A stretch of DNA of 36,322 bases from a virus: positions 1-36,322 of IMG/VR virus record IMGVR_UViG_3300044796_000141; one strand, given 5' to 3'. Position numbers and translations under genes: made by a program. Shown piece after piece: positions 9,893 through 20,117 of the stretch (its first letter is position 1; the number at the start of each line of letters is the position of its first letter). The notes below the pieces were generated by a model. The model was not told the origin of the DNA and searched no databases. It saw nothing but the letters and a program-made list of their open reading frames with translations.

Positions 9893-10688
9893 TTAAGAAA
9901 CCTTTCATTTCAATAAGCTGTCTATGAAATGATTGAATAGCTATTGGTGATTCATAATCACTTGATAGAGTTCTATCTATTTCGTATTTGTCCTTAAAGT
10001 CAATTATGTCAAGCTTTAGATTATAATGATTGTTAAATAAAATTAACATTTGATATTTTGAATAGCTATGTGGAGAAAATATATGCTTTGTACCCTTCCA
10101 ATAAAGGCTTCTTTCAATTAATTCATGCATATATTTTGATAATTCTAGACACGTTATACCATTCCAGATATGATTAGTATATCCACTGCATGTTTTCCCG
10201 GACTGTGACTTTGCCCATTCAAAAAATGACAACTTATTTTTTAATTCTTCGCCAATAATAGATGTTCTTATATTGGTGGAATTGGATGGTTCTCCTAAAG
10301 ATTTAGACCTTCCATAAATATCGGTAGCATCATGCACAGAATTCTCTGAATAATTCCCGGTTAAGCCAGAAAATACACAATCTGTGGTGATATGTATCAT
10401 TTTAACGCCTACTTTATCGCAAACAGACGACAAAACATGCGGAAATAATGAATTTATGTGTATCATTTCTTCCTGAGAGCTGTTTCTTTGTTTAATCATT
10501 CCTATACAGTTTATGACTGCGGAAGCTTCACCGTATGGAGTTTGCTGAATAATATACTGTAAAGTCTCTTTTGGAGTCTTTAAAACGTTAAATTTTGGAC
10601 AATAAGTCTCATAACCTTTAGATTTAAAGTATTTTGTTGCGTAAGTTCCAAGCATTCCGGTAGAACCAAGGATAACGACTTGCTTCAT
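9864..10688 (-). CDS. RmlD-like NDP-4-keto-sugar reductase
   Basis: GSTGMLG, INCIG, HITTDCVFSG, YGRSKSLGE, RTSIIG. Confidence 0.9.
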   Translation of the reverse strand: MKQVVILGSTGMLGTYATKYFKSKGYETYCPKFNVLKTPKETLQYIIQQTPYGEASAVINCIGMIKQRNSSQEEMIHINSLFPHVLSSVCDKVGVKMIHITTDCVFSGLTGNYSENSVHDATDIYGRSKSLGEPSNSTNIRTSIIGEELKNKLSFFEWAKSQSGKTCSGYTNHIWNGITCLELSKYMHELIERSLYWKGTKHIFSPHSYSKYQMLILFNNHYNLKLDIIDFKDKYEIDRTLSSDYESPIAIQSFHRQLIEMKGFLNEDFSSNSN

Positions 10689-10689
10689 T

Positions 10690-11634
10690 TTAGAATGCCC
10701 ACTCTTTTAGGAATGAAAACAGTTCTTTTTTAGTCATAATGTTGGCTGGGTCGCCTGAAGAAAACTCTTTATCTGTATCTTTAAAAGAATCGCTATTTTT
10801 TATATCATGAAGAACGAATTTGTCTTGTAATACTTGTATTCTATTGGCCTCTTCTGTAGAAAATAAAACTTCATGCATCTTTTCGCCAGGTCTTATTTTA
10901 GTAACTTCGATTTTTTGTTCTGACTGATATGCTTGGATAAAGCATTCTGCTAAATCCATAATATTAGCTGATTTTATTTTTGGTATAAAAATCTTCTTAC
11001 CGATACCATCTTGAAGTGCCGCAAAGATAATTTCTACCGCCGCCGAGTGATGAAGGAAAAATCTCGTCATTTGCGGGTGTGTAACCAATAAATTTTGTTT
11101 CTTTTCTAGTTTTTCTTTATAAACGGGTATAATAGAGCCAGTAGAACCTAAAATATTGCCATATCTAACTGAGTTATGTATGTGCCTGGTCTTATTTTGT
11201 GCATTAATATGCAGTCTTTCAGCTAAAGCTTTAGTCATGCCATAGCTGTTTTGTGGCGAAGGGGCTTTGTCTGTAGATATGAATAGATTTTTAATCAGGT
11301 GATTGTCGTAGTTTGCAAGAGCTTTATTAACATTTATCATACCATTAATGTTTGTATCAATGGCCTCTTCTATGAAATCTTCGCACATATCAATCATTTT
11401 CATGGCTGACGCATTAATAATGACGCCTGGGGCTGAAGTTCTAATAGCTTGGAAAACACTATCGTAATTTCTTACATCACCAATGATGTTTTTTACAAAT
11501 GGAAATAAAGTCTTTGTTTTTCTATGCTTTTCCTCTGTACGAGAAAAGACATATACGTTGTCGTATTGAGAGCCTAGTTTTTCAAGAATGGCATGACCAA
11601 TATAGCCCGTACCACCCAATATTAGATAGTTCAT
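10690..11634 (-). CDS. UDP-GlcNAc 4,6-dehydratase family protein (PseB/FnlA/CapD-like)
   Basis: GGTGYIG, STDKA, YGMTKALAE, VRYGNILGSTGS, MTRF, IRPGEKMHE. Confidence 0.92.
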   Translation of the reverse strand: MNYLILGGTGYIGHAILEKLGSQYDNVYVFSRTEEKHRKTKTLFPFVKNIIGDVRNYDSVFQAIRTSAPGVIINASAMKMIDMCEDFIEEAIDTNINGMINVNKALANYDNHLIKNLFISTDKAPSPQNSYGMTKALAERLHINAQNKTRHIHNSVRYGNILGSTGSIIPVYKEKLEKKQNLLVTHPQMTRFFLHHSAAVEIIFAALQDGIGKKIFIPKIKSANIMDLAECFIQAYQSEQKIEVTKIRPGEKMHEVLFSTEEANRIQVLQDKFVLHDIKNSDSFKDTDKEFSSGDPANIMTKKELFSFLKEWAF

Positions 11635-12416
11635 TTTACCACCTCGAATGGCTTTTTAATTTGCATACTATCACGGAACTGGTTTTGAGTCAAACCCCAC
11701 TTCTTCGTGAAGATGTCTTCGCCGCTTTTGGCGTTATCTTCTTTGGTTAGTTGTTTGAAAGTTTTACTAACGAAATGATATACTTGACATTGTTGCGTTA
11801 AAAAGAAATTTTTACAACCTTTTTCGGACAGCTCTTTTGGAAAGTCATTATCAACTCCCCAGCCTGGCCAATATTGAGGGTCAAAAAATCCGGCTTCTTT
11901 TCCTAATTTTTTAGGAAAAAGAATTGGATGAGACCATTGCTTAGTTGCATGTGGATATTGCGGTCTATTTTTCACATACCAATCTACCAATTCTTGTTCT
12001 CTAAATTGCTCTGCGACATATCCGGCGTTAAAATAAACATACTCAGGATTGCCAGGTATTGGCTCTACTAAACGACAACTAATAGTGAATTTATCTATAT
12101 TGTCTTTTTTAAATTCTTTTATTTGATTAACTAAAGTAAAGTCACAACCAGGCAAAATATACATGTCGCTATTAACCACAAAACAATATTCATATTTTGC
12201 TTGTTCTAGTACATTATTTACTCCGCAAAAACCTTGATTGTTAATGCTGTGTGTATATTTAATATTGTTTTCTACTAGCCATTTATAGGTTCCGTCAGTG
12301 CAGGCATTAGAGTGAACCAATAATTCATATGGCACTCTCCAATTTTTCTTTAAAGAAGCATATAATATCTTAAGATATGGAAGTGAATTGTAGGTTGGAA
12401 CGCATATTGAAATCAT
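11631..12416 (-). CDS. GT2 glycosyltransferase
   Basis: ISICVPTYN, NSDMY, GFFDPQYWPG..VDND, VYHFVS. Confidence 0.88.
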   Translation of the reverse strand: MISICVPTYNSLPYLKILYASLKKNWRVPYELLVHSNACTDGTYKWLVENNIKYTHSINNQGFCGVNNVLEQAKYEYCFVVNSDMYILPGCDFTLVNQIKEFKKDNIDKFTISCRLVEPIPGNPEYVYFNAGYVAEQFREQELVDWYVKNRPQYPHATKQWSHPILFPKKLGKEAGFFDPQYWPGWGVDNDFPKELSEKGCKNFFLTQQCQVYHFVSKTFKQLTKEDNAKSGEDIFTKKWGLTQNQFRDSMQIKKPFEVVK

Positions 12417-12532
12417 TTCTTTTTTTTACGCCTTGCTATTAATAATGCAACTATTGCAGAACCAGCTATTATTGAACCCCAAATAGTCGATGCCCAAAAA
12501 TATAACGTATCTCCTTCACTTATTTGCCCCAT
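12413..12532 (-). CDS. small membrane peptide, 39 aa
   Basis: Not in the track. MGQISEGDTLYFWASTIWGSIIAGSAIVALLIARRKKKK*; fills the gap with an ATGA overlap. Confidence 0.55.
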   Translation of the reverse strand: MGQISEGDTLYFWASTIWGSIIAGSAIVALLIARRKKKK

Positions 12533-12720
12533 TTTATATGCTCCCATGCTCGCTCAAACACATAAAACAAAAAGAACCCTGAAATATTTAAAATTATTGA
12601 TAGCTTTATTGTATCTGTAAAATTACCAAGAACTATATAAGTTATAATAAAGCTTTGAATGGTAGAGATGCCTCTCCATATCAATCCTCTAACAACTGTT
12701 CTACCTCTAGTTTCTGACAA
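12520..12720 (-). CDS. DUF2061-like small membrane protein
   Basis: ETRGRTVVRGLIWR...FYVFERAWEHIKWG. Confidence 0.75.
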   Translation of the reverse strand: MSETRGRTVVRGLIWRGISTIQSFIITYIVLGNFTDTIKLSIILNISGFFLFYVFERAWEHIKWGK

Positions 12721-12723
12721 CGC

Positions 12724-13677
12724 CTATACGACCCTTCTATTTTTTATCATATTTTCATAGTATTGCAAATACTTTTTAGCGCCAGCGATGTCACTATGAT
12801 TATCTAGGGCGTATTGTCTCACATAATTTGTATCAATTTTCTTTATATTTAAGATGGCTTTAATATAGTCAGCTTCTGTTTCACAGGTAAAACCTACTTT
12901 TTCATTGATATATTCCGGTAAACAGCCGTTTTTTGAGCCAATTACAGGCGTTCCGCACATAAAAGCCTCTGGAATGACCAACGCACCAGCTTCTGGCAGC
13001 TTTGTAGGAAACAATAAAGCTGATGCTGGCGCAAGATAAGCCGTCTTATTATCTCCATTAATTTCGCCTATAAACTTAATATTTGGCTCTTGAGAGCATA
13101 TTTTTTTGATATGTTCAGCGAATTCAGGTCTGCCACCAGCTCCAGCTATACGAAATTGGAGCCATTTCATCTTTTTAGCAATCATAATAAAGGTATCTAA
13201 TCCCTTACCCCATTCCCAACCAAAGCCGGCGATATGAATGAAATATCCCATCTTGTTTGGAACGAACATAAAGTCCTCTTCTGAAACAAAAGAATTAACA
13301 TAAGCAGGACAGTTGATTCTATCGGATACAAACTTACTTACGCAGATGGCGTTAGGATGGTTATCCATCGATTTAAGCCACTGTGGTGAGCTTTCCATAC
13401 CAAGACCGCCACCACCATGTATCGTGCCCACCCAAGGCTGTTTAAAGTGGTTATAGGAGTGTTCTGGACCAAAGCCCTGGACGTGAATTATGTCTGTATC
13501 GTCTGGAACTGAATTAACTACAATAGCGCCTGTATTGGTTTGAGAACCTTCTTTTCCATAAAGATAGACCTTATGACCAAGTTTAACGAGCCCGCGACAC
13601 AATGCTTCACAATAGCGTTCTGCTCCTGCGCTTGCCTTGGCGGGATAAAGGTAAGGAGAATATTGACAGATTATCAT
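12724..13677 (-). CDS. GT4 glycosyltransferase
   Basis: GAERY...LVKLGHKV, KGLD, EAGALVIPEAFMCGTPVI. Confidence 0.9.
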   Translation of the reverse strand: MIICQYSPYLYPAKASAGAERYCEALCRGLVKLGHKVYLYGKEGSQTNTGAIVVNSVPDDTDIIHVQGFGPEHSYNHFKQPWVGTIHGGGGLGMESSPQWLKSMDNHPNAICVSKFVSDRINCPAYVNSFVSEEDFMFVPNKMGYFIHIAGFGWEWGKGLDTFIMIAKKMKWLQFRIAGAGGRPEFAEHIKKICSQEPNIKFIGEINGDNKTAYLAPASALLFPTKLPEAGALVIPEAFMCGTPVIGSKNGCLPEYINEKVGFTCETEADYIKAILNIKKIDTNYVRQYALDNHSDIAGAKKYLQYYENMIKNRRVV

Positions 13678-14360
13678 TTAACTTTTCTATAAAGTCTAAC
13701 GCCGCCATAAAAAAGTTCTGGATTAGTGTGGTATTCTTCGAGTACAAATTCAAATCCATTTTCTTCAAACTTAAAATCGTCTATTGCTTGTCTGCAACCG
13801 ATATGTCTATCTTCTGAACATTCTGGAGTGTATGGCTGTTCACTACCGCCTTGAAAGGTTGGGCTAATATCGTGAAAGCCAATTAAGCCACCAACCTTAA
13901 CCTTTTTATAGTAGTTTTGAGCATCTACTAATGTATGTCTATAGCAATGACAACCATCAATAAAAACGAAGTTAAAGTCATTCTCTTTGAATTGGTCAAT
14001 TACTGATTGGTCGGTTGATTTACCGTCTACGAAATGCAACGAATGACCATCGAAATATCTTGGGTCATAACCGTGAAGTTTACTGTCTATTCCATATCCT
14101 ATAACTTGCCATGGTTTGTGGAAGTCCATATAGTTGTGAAATGACTTAATGAAGCCGCCATGAGCAGTTCCTACTTCTAAAATCTTATATTGTTCTTCGT
14201 TGGGAAATTCGTCTAGATGTAATTTAAGAGCCGCCAATACTCCCACCCAATCGCCACGAGGATTGCTTGAAAAATGCGCCGTATTGGCATTAGCAATCGG
14301 GTCGAATGTCAATTCCTTTGGTGTTATAATTTTAAAGTTATCGTATTGTTTTTCTATCAT
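13674..14360 (-). CDS. class I SAM methyltransferase (Methyltransf_24-like)
   Basis: ILEVGTAHG, VFIDGCH.Y, KVGGLIGFHD. Confidence 0.88.
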   Translation of the reverse strand: MIEKQYDNFKIITPKELTFDPIANANTAHFSSNPRGDWVGVLAALKLHLDEFPNEEQYKILEVGTAHGGFIKSFHNYMDFHKPWQVIGYGIDSKLHGYDPRYFDGHSLHFVDGKSTDQSVIDQFKENDFNFVFIDGCHCYRHTLVDAQNYYKKVKVGGLIGFHDISPTFQGGSEQPYTPECSEDRHIGCRQAIDDFKFEENGFEFVLEEYHTNPELFYGGVRLYRKVK

Positions 14361-14863
14361 ATTCTTTTACCTTTACTTAAATTTTCGTTCCACCACAGAG
14401 GTTGAAGATTGGTGTAATGACAAGCTTTAACAAATTCTTCGCGATTTGTCAAGTCGAAGGATGCGAGGGGAGTAATGTGGTCTATGTGCCAGCCATCTGG
14501 CTTGTGATTTTCCCAAGTCATACCTGGGTGAAAATTAGATTCTAAATATTGCTTAAGCTGTTCAAGACTACATCCCAAATCTTTAATAGCAGACCCGCTT
14601 GATTTTTTTCTTTGTAGGGCTTGATAAACTCTTGTTCTTAAATAGCAGCTTATTTTATATTCAATGCTTTCTTGTCTGCGTTTAACTTTATATGCATTAA
14701 TTTTTGTTCTATTTTGAATTCTATAATTTTTTAAATATTCTACTCTTTTGCCTCGGTTATTTTCTTCATATTTTTTAACCGTGGCTTTTCTAATTTCTGG
14801 ATGATTTTTTCTCCATTTTTTAGATGCTAAATTGTTTCTAATTTTTCTTTCTTCTGGAGACAT
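14357..14863 (-). CDS. HNH homing endonuclease
   Basis: Basic N-terminus; LGCS..LKQYLE..F..GMTWEN, WHIDHITP, HYTNLQPLW..ENLSKG. Confidence 0.9.
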   Translation of the reverse strand: MSPEERKIRNNLASKKWRKNHPEIRKATVKKYEENNRGKRVEYLKNYRIQNRTKINAYKVKRRQESIEYKISCYLRTRVYQALQRKKSSGSAIKDLGCSLEQLKQYLESNFHPGMTWENHKPDGWHIDHITPLASFDLTNREEFVKACHYTNLQPLWWNENLSKGKRI

Positions 14864-16299
14864 TAGATGTATTTCTTGCCACCGTTTAATTCATTAAGTG
14901 AAAGATATTCTTCCAATACTTCTTGTGAAATAGTATCGTTAGCCATCATATCTTTGCTTTGATGAAAGAAATAATGGTCTGGCGTTTTGTCAAGAGGAAA
15001 ACCTTTAGCGACCAAATCTCTATAAATTTTTGTTCCATAATAAGGACTCATAATACTTAAGCTATAATATTCTGCTTTTATTTCTTTTGCAAGGGAGATT
15101 GTTTGACGCAAATCATCATCTGTTTCTCCTGGGAATCCGCACATGAGATATGCCGTATATGGCACTCCGGCATCTTCAAGCATTTTACAGCCAGCAATCA
15201 TTTCTTCTCTAGTTTCATCTTTTTGTATTTCTTTTAATAGTCTCGGACTGCCAGTTTCAATACCAATTTTTGCTCTAACGCATCCGGCTTCTTTCATCTT
15301 GGCACAAAGTTCCGGGTCAAGATGGTCAGTACGAAGTTCCGCTTTCCAAGGCATTTTAAGATTGTTATCAATCATTCCTTGTAGTATCTTCATTGTTCTA
15401 TCTTTTTTAACTGTAAAAACATCGTCAACAAAATATACAATAGTATTATCATTAACCAAAAGTTTATCTTTGTGCTCTATATTTGCAGATTGAGAATAGT
15501 CCATTTCCTTAACCATGTCCCAATGCTCTTTCTTAAGATGTTTCAGCTCTTCAATAACATCATTAGGCTCTCTATATTGCGTCTTGTTACGCTTCCAATG
15601 TTCTGGACTGGCACAATAGGAACAACGATATGGACAGCCTCTAATAGAGACCACATAGGATACATCAATAAACTTTCGTTCTTCATCTGGTATTTTCCAG
15701 AATTTTTTGCGCTCTGGGAAGGGAAGTTGTTCTACGGGTTTAATAACTTCTGCATCACCGTTATCATTTAAGGTTCCAAATCTAGTTCTGGAAACAACAC
15801 CTGAAATGGTCTTTGGTTCTTTGCCATTCACTAGATTTAACATGGCGAATTCACCTTCGCGTTTAACTGCGTAATCTAATGTTGGAATTTTATTGAGAAT
15901 GTCACCATCCATTGTAGGATGTGGCCCGCCAATTACTTGTTTAATGTGTGGTGCTCTCTCTTTAATCTTTTTTGAGAGTATTTTAATGGCAGTTAGATTG
16001 GCAGTATAGCAAGTGAATCCTATCCATTCTGGATTAAATTCAAGAATGTTGGCCGCTACCTCTTCCCAAATAGCATGGTTTTCATCATCGAAGTATTTCT
16101 TATAATCATTGAGCCCTGCAAAGATTGATTTTAAGTTTGCAAAAACTCTTTCATTTAAATAATCTGAATTATAAAGCCACGCATCATGCCCATGTTGATT
16201 GAGCATAGCCGCTATATATGCGATTCCGAGGCTGTTAGCGTTGTATCTAGAGCCTAAAAGTCGATAAAACGGTGGATTTATCAACAAAACACGCGCCAT
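14863..16299 (-). CDS. cobalamin-binding radical SAM protein
   Basis: VLLINPP..LGIAYIAA, IGGPHPT, RGCPYRCSYC, GIETGS, GFPGET. Confidence 0.93.
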   Translation of the reverse strand: MARVLLINPPFYRLLGSRYNANSLGIAYIAAMLNQHGHDAWLYNSDYLNERVFANLKSIFAGLNDYKKYFDDENHAIWEEVAANILEFNPEWIGFTCYTANLTAIKILSKKIKERAPHIKQVIGGPHPTMDGDILNKIPTLDYAVKREGEFAMLNLVNGKEPKTISGVVSRTRFGTLNDNGDAEVIKPVEQLPFPERKKFWKIPDEERKFIDVSYVVSIRGCPYRCSYCASPEHWKRNKTQYREPNDVIEELKHLKKEHWDMVKEMDYSQSANIEHKDKLLVNDNTIVYFVDDVFTVKKDRTMKILQGMIDNNLKMPWKAELRTDHLDPELCAKMKEAGCVRAKIGIETGSPRLLKEIQKDETREEMIAGCKMLEDAGVPYTAYLMCGFPGETDDDLRQTISLAKEIKAEYYSLSIMSPYYGTKIYRDLVAKGFPLDKTPDHYFFHQSKDMMANDTISQEVLEEYLSLNELNGGKKYI

Positions 16300-16302
16300 T
16301 AG

Positions 16303-16500
16303 CTATACCTGTGGCTCTTCCGTTTTGTTGGTCTTTGTTACCATTTGCTTAATAGGTCCAGTAGGAACTGACTTCTTAAGCTCTGAAATGGTCACTACAA
16401 ACCCTTTAATTTGTTCTTTTAAGTCGTCTACTTGGCTTTGTAAGCCTCTTACTGCCTGTTCTACTGTATCTGTAATCTTTCTTTCGTCTTCTGCTGTCAT
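16303..16500 (-). CDS. hypothetical protein
   Basis: AGGAG RBS and tight packing. Confidence 0.65.
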   Translation of the reverse strand: MTAEDERKITDTVEQAVRGLQSQVDDLKEQIKGFVVTISELKKSVPTGPIKQMVTKTNKTEEPQV

Positions 16501-16515
16501 ATTATCTCCTTTTTT

Positions 16516-17004
16516 TTATCTAGTAAATTCATCCCATGTGTGGTCGTAGTAAACTCTAGTATTAGGGTGGTAGCCACGCACGTTTTCTTCTCTTGTTCCT
16601 CGGTCAATACGAGTATAGGGTATTCGAAATCTATCTGCCATTTCACAAAATCTGCGATAGATATGTTCGGCAATTGTCACTGTCGGAGCAAGAAAGGTTA
16701 TATCTTTTCCTTCTGACATTTCTATTAATGCTGCAAGAATCATTCTAGTAGTTCTTCCGGTTTGTCTTTCGGTACCTGGCGAAGGCACTTGCTGATATTC
16801 TCTGCGCCAAGCATTCGGCGCGAATGACGCCAGTCTAGAATTTTCCGCCCAACTAAAATCAGGTTCAATGCGATTTGCTATTGAGCCAACCCAAGAGCCA
16901 GTTTGCGCAAAAGTAAATGATTGTCCTAATGGAATTTCTACACAAGGATTATTACCTATTGGCTTTTTAAGAGTTAGTGCCTCTTCTAGTTCATCTACTT
17001 TCAT
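16516..17004 (-). CDS. hypothetical protein with a degenerate P-loop-like segment
   Basis: RQTGRTT followed by ITFLAPT...A and VYYDH. Confidence 0.55.
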   Translation of the reverse strand: MKVDELEEALTLKKPIGNNPCVEIPLGQSFTFAQTGSWVGSIANRIEPDFSWAENSRLASFAPNAWRREYQQVPSPGTERQTGRTTRMILAALIEMSEGKDITFLAPTVTIAEHIYRRFCEMADRFRIPYTRIDRGTREENVRGYHPNTRVYYDHTWDEFTR

Positions 17005-17005
17005 T

Positions 17006-17599
17006 TTACCATCCGTAATTTTTGGTCGCTTTATAAAATATTTCTTCTGTTTCTTTGTCTTTAATTTTTTGAGGTTTTAACAATTCCATATAAAAATCAA
17101 ATTCTTGTTGACTTTCTAAAATATCTTCAATGGCTCTATGGGCTTCTTTTTTGATAGGACTTTGTATGTTAAAAAATAAATCATAAATCTTTTTAAGGGT
17201 AGAAACATCTAATACTCTATAATCAAAAAAACTAATTAACTTATCTGAGCAATAATATTCAAGAAACTTTTTATCAAAATGAACAGTATTGCCCGCAAGT
17301 AAAACTTTACCTTCTGTAGTATTGTCTTTAATAAAACCTATTAATTCTTCTTCTATGTCTTCAATGGATTTTGTAGCTGTTCTACATTCTTCCCATAGTC
17401 CACTTTTAGTGTGCATTTTATAAACATATTCATCAATTTCGCCAGCTTCAAACGCTCTATCTAAATAGTCTGGATAGGGTTGTTTTACAACTGATTGATA
17501 TTTTTGTCCGTTAATAATTGCTCCAACTTCAAGTATAGCACAATTCCAAGGCAATAAGCCAGTAGTTTCTAAATCTAGCCACATTAATGTTTGTTTCAT
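17006..17599 (-). CDS. orn: oligoribonuclease-like DEDDh exonuclease
   Basis: WLDLETTGL, MHTKSGL, LAGNTVHFDKKFL, YRVLDVSTLK, HRAIEDILES. Confidence 0.9.
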   Translation of the reverse strand: MKQTLMWLDLETTGLLPWNCAILEVGAIINGQKYQSVVKQPYPDYLDRAFEAGEIDEYVYKMHTKSGLWEECRTATKSIEDIEEELIGFIKDNTTEGKVLLAGNTVHFDKKFLEYYCSDKLISFFDYRVLDVSTLKKIYDLFFNIQSPIKKEAHRAIEDILESQQEFDFYMELLKPQKIKDKETEEIFYKATKNYGW

Positions 17600-17751
17600 G
17601 GCTGTCCTATATTACCAACCATATAGCCCGTAGTCATAGCCAATACCAACGCGCAGCCATAAAAAGTTGCTGGAGCAGCAGTTGGAACATTTAACTTTCT
17701 AGTAATAAATCCAATAGCAAATGATATTGCCAAGCCTAACACATATTTCAT
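17596..17751 (-). CDS. XapX/DUF1427-like small membrane protein, 51 aa
   Basis: Not in the track. MKYVLGLAISFAIGFITRKLNVPTAAPATFYGCALVLAMTTGYMVGNIGQP*; ATGA overlaps at both ends. Confidence 0.65.
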   Translation of the reverse strand: MKYVLGLAISFAIGFITRKLNVPTAAPATFYGCALVLAMTTGYMVGNIGQP

Positions 17752-17939
17752 GATTTTACTCTTTTCTTTTTCTTTGTTGATTTTAGTTTGGCGGCATTCT
17801 TTAGTGCTATTTCGATATATGAAATAATTTCCATTCTATCTACAACAATACATTCATTGCATTTATCTTCGCATTTTCTATTGTTGTCTTTATTAACACA
17901 AGAATCAACAAGTTTTGATGCTTTTTCCCAATTAGTCAT
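17748..17939 (-). CDS. hypothetical Cys-containing protein
   Basis: ORF track; overlapping junctions. Confidence 0.6.
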   Translation of the reverse strand: MTNWEKASKLVDSCVNKDNNRKCEDKCNECIVVDRMEIISYIEIALKNAAKLKSTKKKKRVKS

Positions 17940-18115
17940 TTAATTTCTACCTCAATAATACAGTCTGGTTTCCAGTCCACTATATATTTGCGCTCTTTAT
18001 GCATAGATAAATTCATTGATATTTTTATGAATAAATCACCTTGGTCATCTGGATGATAATCCCAAAATTCATCACCCATTTTTAATTCTTTAAATTTTTT
18101 AGCTACGGTCTTCAT
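17936..18115 (-). CDS. hypothetical protein, 59 aa
   Basis: Not in the track. MKTVAKKFKELKMGDEFW...CIIEVEIK*; ATGA overlaps at both ends. Confidence 0.65.
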   Translation of the reverse strand: MKTVAKKFKELKMGDEFWDYHPDDQGDLFIKISMNLSMHKERKYIVDWKPDCIIEVEIK

Positions 18116-18951
18116 CTAACCTTTGTATAAAAAGGAAGCATCTTCGTGTGCCATTGGCCAGGATGTTCGGCATCTTTATAGCCTTTTTTCTTCCATTTGT
18201 CAACGAAATATTCGTATGGTTTATTACTATTTTTATCAACTGTTTGTTGATTGTTACTTTTGCCTTGAAGGTGATAAACTAATGAATTATGGACCATCCA
18301 AAACTTACGAACTCCAACATGCCAAGCTTCTTGAATAAGGTCATCGTCAGTGCAATAACTGAAATAGTTTGCATCTACGCCGTTCATTCTGTCCCAAAGT
18401 TTGCGATGCATAAAGAATGGCATTCTCGCACCGACTTCGATTGTAGATTCTTTGTAGTTTTCAAAATCTTTTAAAAGTTCGTCTACTTTGAAATCTTTTG
18501 CTTCTTGTCCATAATTTTTAATTATATGATGTCTTGTATGCCCTGGAGTTGGCTCAACGCTTCTTGAGCAAAACAAATAAGATGCTGGAGACTCATGCTT
18601 AGCAGCGTTTAAAAGGCTTTCTAGACATCCCGGCATCATGTACATGTCCGTGTGTGGCAAAAAGAAATAATCGCCTCTAGCGACCTTTGCACACGCATTG
18701 AGGGCAGCATTGAGACCTATATTAACACCATCACCAATAACTGTTATGCCAAGTAATTTTTCTGAATCTACTTCGTAGTTATCATCATTTTTTAAGCAGC
18801 TTAAACCTTCGCCATTGCCGCCATTATCGTAAATGATAAGTTCAATTTCTGGATTGTCTAAATAATTTGCAAAATAAGATTTACAAAAAACTTTAACTAA
18901 AAGTTCTTCGGATTTGTAGGCAGGTAAGAGAATAGAGACTTTAGTTGCCAT
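18112..18951 (-). CDS. GT2 glycosyltransferase, paralog of 11631-12416
   Basis: VSILLPAY, IIYDNG, HTDMY, DDDL, VYHL. Confidence 0.88.
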   Translation of the reverse strand: MATKVSILLPAYKSEELLVKVFCKSYFANYLDNPEIELIIYDNGGNGEGLSCLKNDDNYEVDSEKLLGITVIGDGVNIGLNAALNACAKVARGDYFFLPHTDMYMMPGCLESLLNAAKHESPASYLFCSRSVEPTPGHTRHHIIKNYGQEAKDFKVDELLKDFENYKESTIEVGARMPFFMHRKLWDRMNGVDANYFSYCTDDDLIQEAWHVGVRKFWMVHNSLVYHLQGKSNNQQTVDKNSNKPYEYFVDKWKKKGYKDAEHPGQWHTKMLPFYTKVR

Positions 18952-19363
18952 ATTTTAATTGTGCGCCATGCTTGTGGCCCCAATCTAATTCCATTTCTAT
19001 TGCCTCAAGCTTTTCGTCCCAAACATAAAAATATCCACGCTTACATAAATAATTTTCAAATGAACCAGTGGCTTTACCTTTTAATATTTGCATTTCTTTT
19101 CGTTTTTCTTCTGATTCTTTATTAAGCTTTTTACATTCTGCAATTGTTAAATTATCTGGAAATTCATTTATAGAATTTTTAGGATATCCTATATCTTTAT
19201 AATTTTTATCAAAATCATCAATTGCTTCCAAATAATCTTTCTGCGCTGCAATTATATCGGATTCGAATTGCTCAACGGTTGTATCTTCTGGTCCTAAAAT
19301 ATTGGTAGTATTGTCATAATCTCCGCATCTGTAATGCGTTATCTTAAATATTTTAAATTTCAT
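18941..19363 (-). CDS. hypothetical protein
   Basis: ORF track; operon packing. Confidence 0.7.
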   Translation of the reverse strand: MKFKIFKITHYRCGDYDNTTNILGPEDTTVEQFESDIIAAQKDYLEAIDDFDKNYKDIGYPKNSINEFPDNLTIAECKKLNKESEEKRKEMQILKGKATGSFENYLCKRGYFYVWDEKLEAIEMELDWGHKHGAQLKYGN

Positions 19364-19557
19364 AATACTTCACATTCTTCCCATTCGGTATAAAGATAAC
19401 TTCCGAATTCTCCAGGTCCATCATCGCCAACAAATTCATCTGGATATTGTTCTCTTAAAAATTTTTCTAAATCTTCTTCGGATAGTTTTTTTCTAAAAAC
19501 TGTCGGTGGCATAGTATCGCCACTTTCACTATTAACTGATAATACATATACTTTCAT
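19360..19557 (-). CDS. hypothetical acidic protein
   Basis: ORF track; operon packing. Confidence 0.65.
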   Translation of the reverse strand: MKVYVLSVNSESGDTMPPTVFRKKLSEEDLEKFLREQYPDEFVGDDGPGEFGSYLYTEWEECEVL

Positions 19558-19558
19558 A

Positions 19559-19837
19559 TTAATTTAAGTTGCTTCCTACTGGACGAATTAAATCACCATC
19601 AATTGCCCAAGCGCCGTCTTCTCCGATAAATGCATCAACTTTTGCTTCGAATGTAATATCTGCCATTTTAGCAGAACTGTCGCCTATATTAACTTCGGAG
19701 CATCTAAAAACATCACCTTTTTTAATGTTTTCAAATTCACATTGTTCCCAATCATTTGTTTCTTTATTTCTTTTATAAACAAAGATTTTTTCTTTTTTAT
19801 TCATCTTCTTGTTGTTCCCTTGAGTATTTTTCGTCAA
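19559..19837 (-). CDS. hypothetical protein; the start may be the downstream MNKKEK
   Basis: ORF track; FENIKKGDVF resembles FKELKMGDEF in 17936-18115. Confidence 0.6.
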   Translation of the reverse strand: MTKNTQGNNKKMNKKEKIFVYKRNKETNDWEQCEFENIKKGDVFRCSEVNIGDSSAKMADITFEAKVDAFIGEDGAWAIDGDLIRPVGSNLN

Positions 19838-20117
19838 CTAATTCAACAAGTCTGTCTAATGCTTTAATGTAATCTTTACCAAGTGTTTCGGCAGCTTCAT
19901 AAAGATGAGAAAGCTCCGTATCTAAACCGTCAGAAAACCCTTCGTCATGTCCGGCATCAAAACCATCATCAAATGCTTCTTCAAGCTCTTCAAGAAATTC
20001 TTCCGCTTCTTCATCTTCGTCTAAGTCTATAATGTCTTCTTCGTTGTTCATAAAGCCTCCAAACATGAAGCTAGCATAACAACAAACAAAAAACAAGACC
20101 CAAATTATAATCTGCAA
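19797..20117 (-). CDS. membrane-anchored, highly acidic protein
   Basis: Hydrophobic N-terminus, D/E-rich tract and FDDGFDAGHDEGFSDG repeat. Confidence 0.65.
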   Translation of the reverse strand: MQIIIWVLFFVCCYASFMFGGFMNNEEDIIDLDEDEEAEEFLEELEEAFDDGFDAGHDEGFSDGLDTELSHLYEAAETLGKDYIKALDRLVELVDEKYSREQQEDE

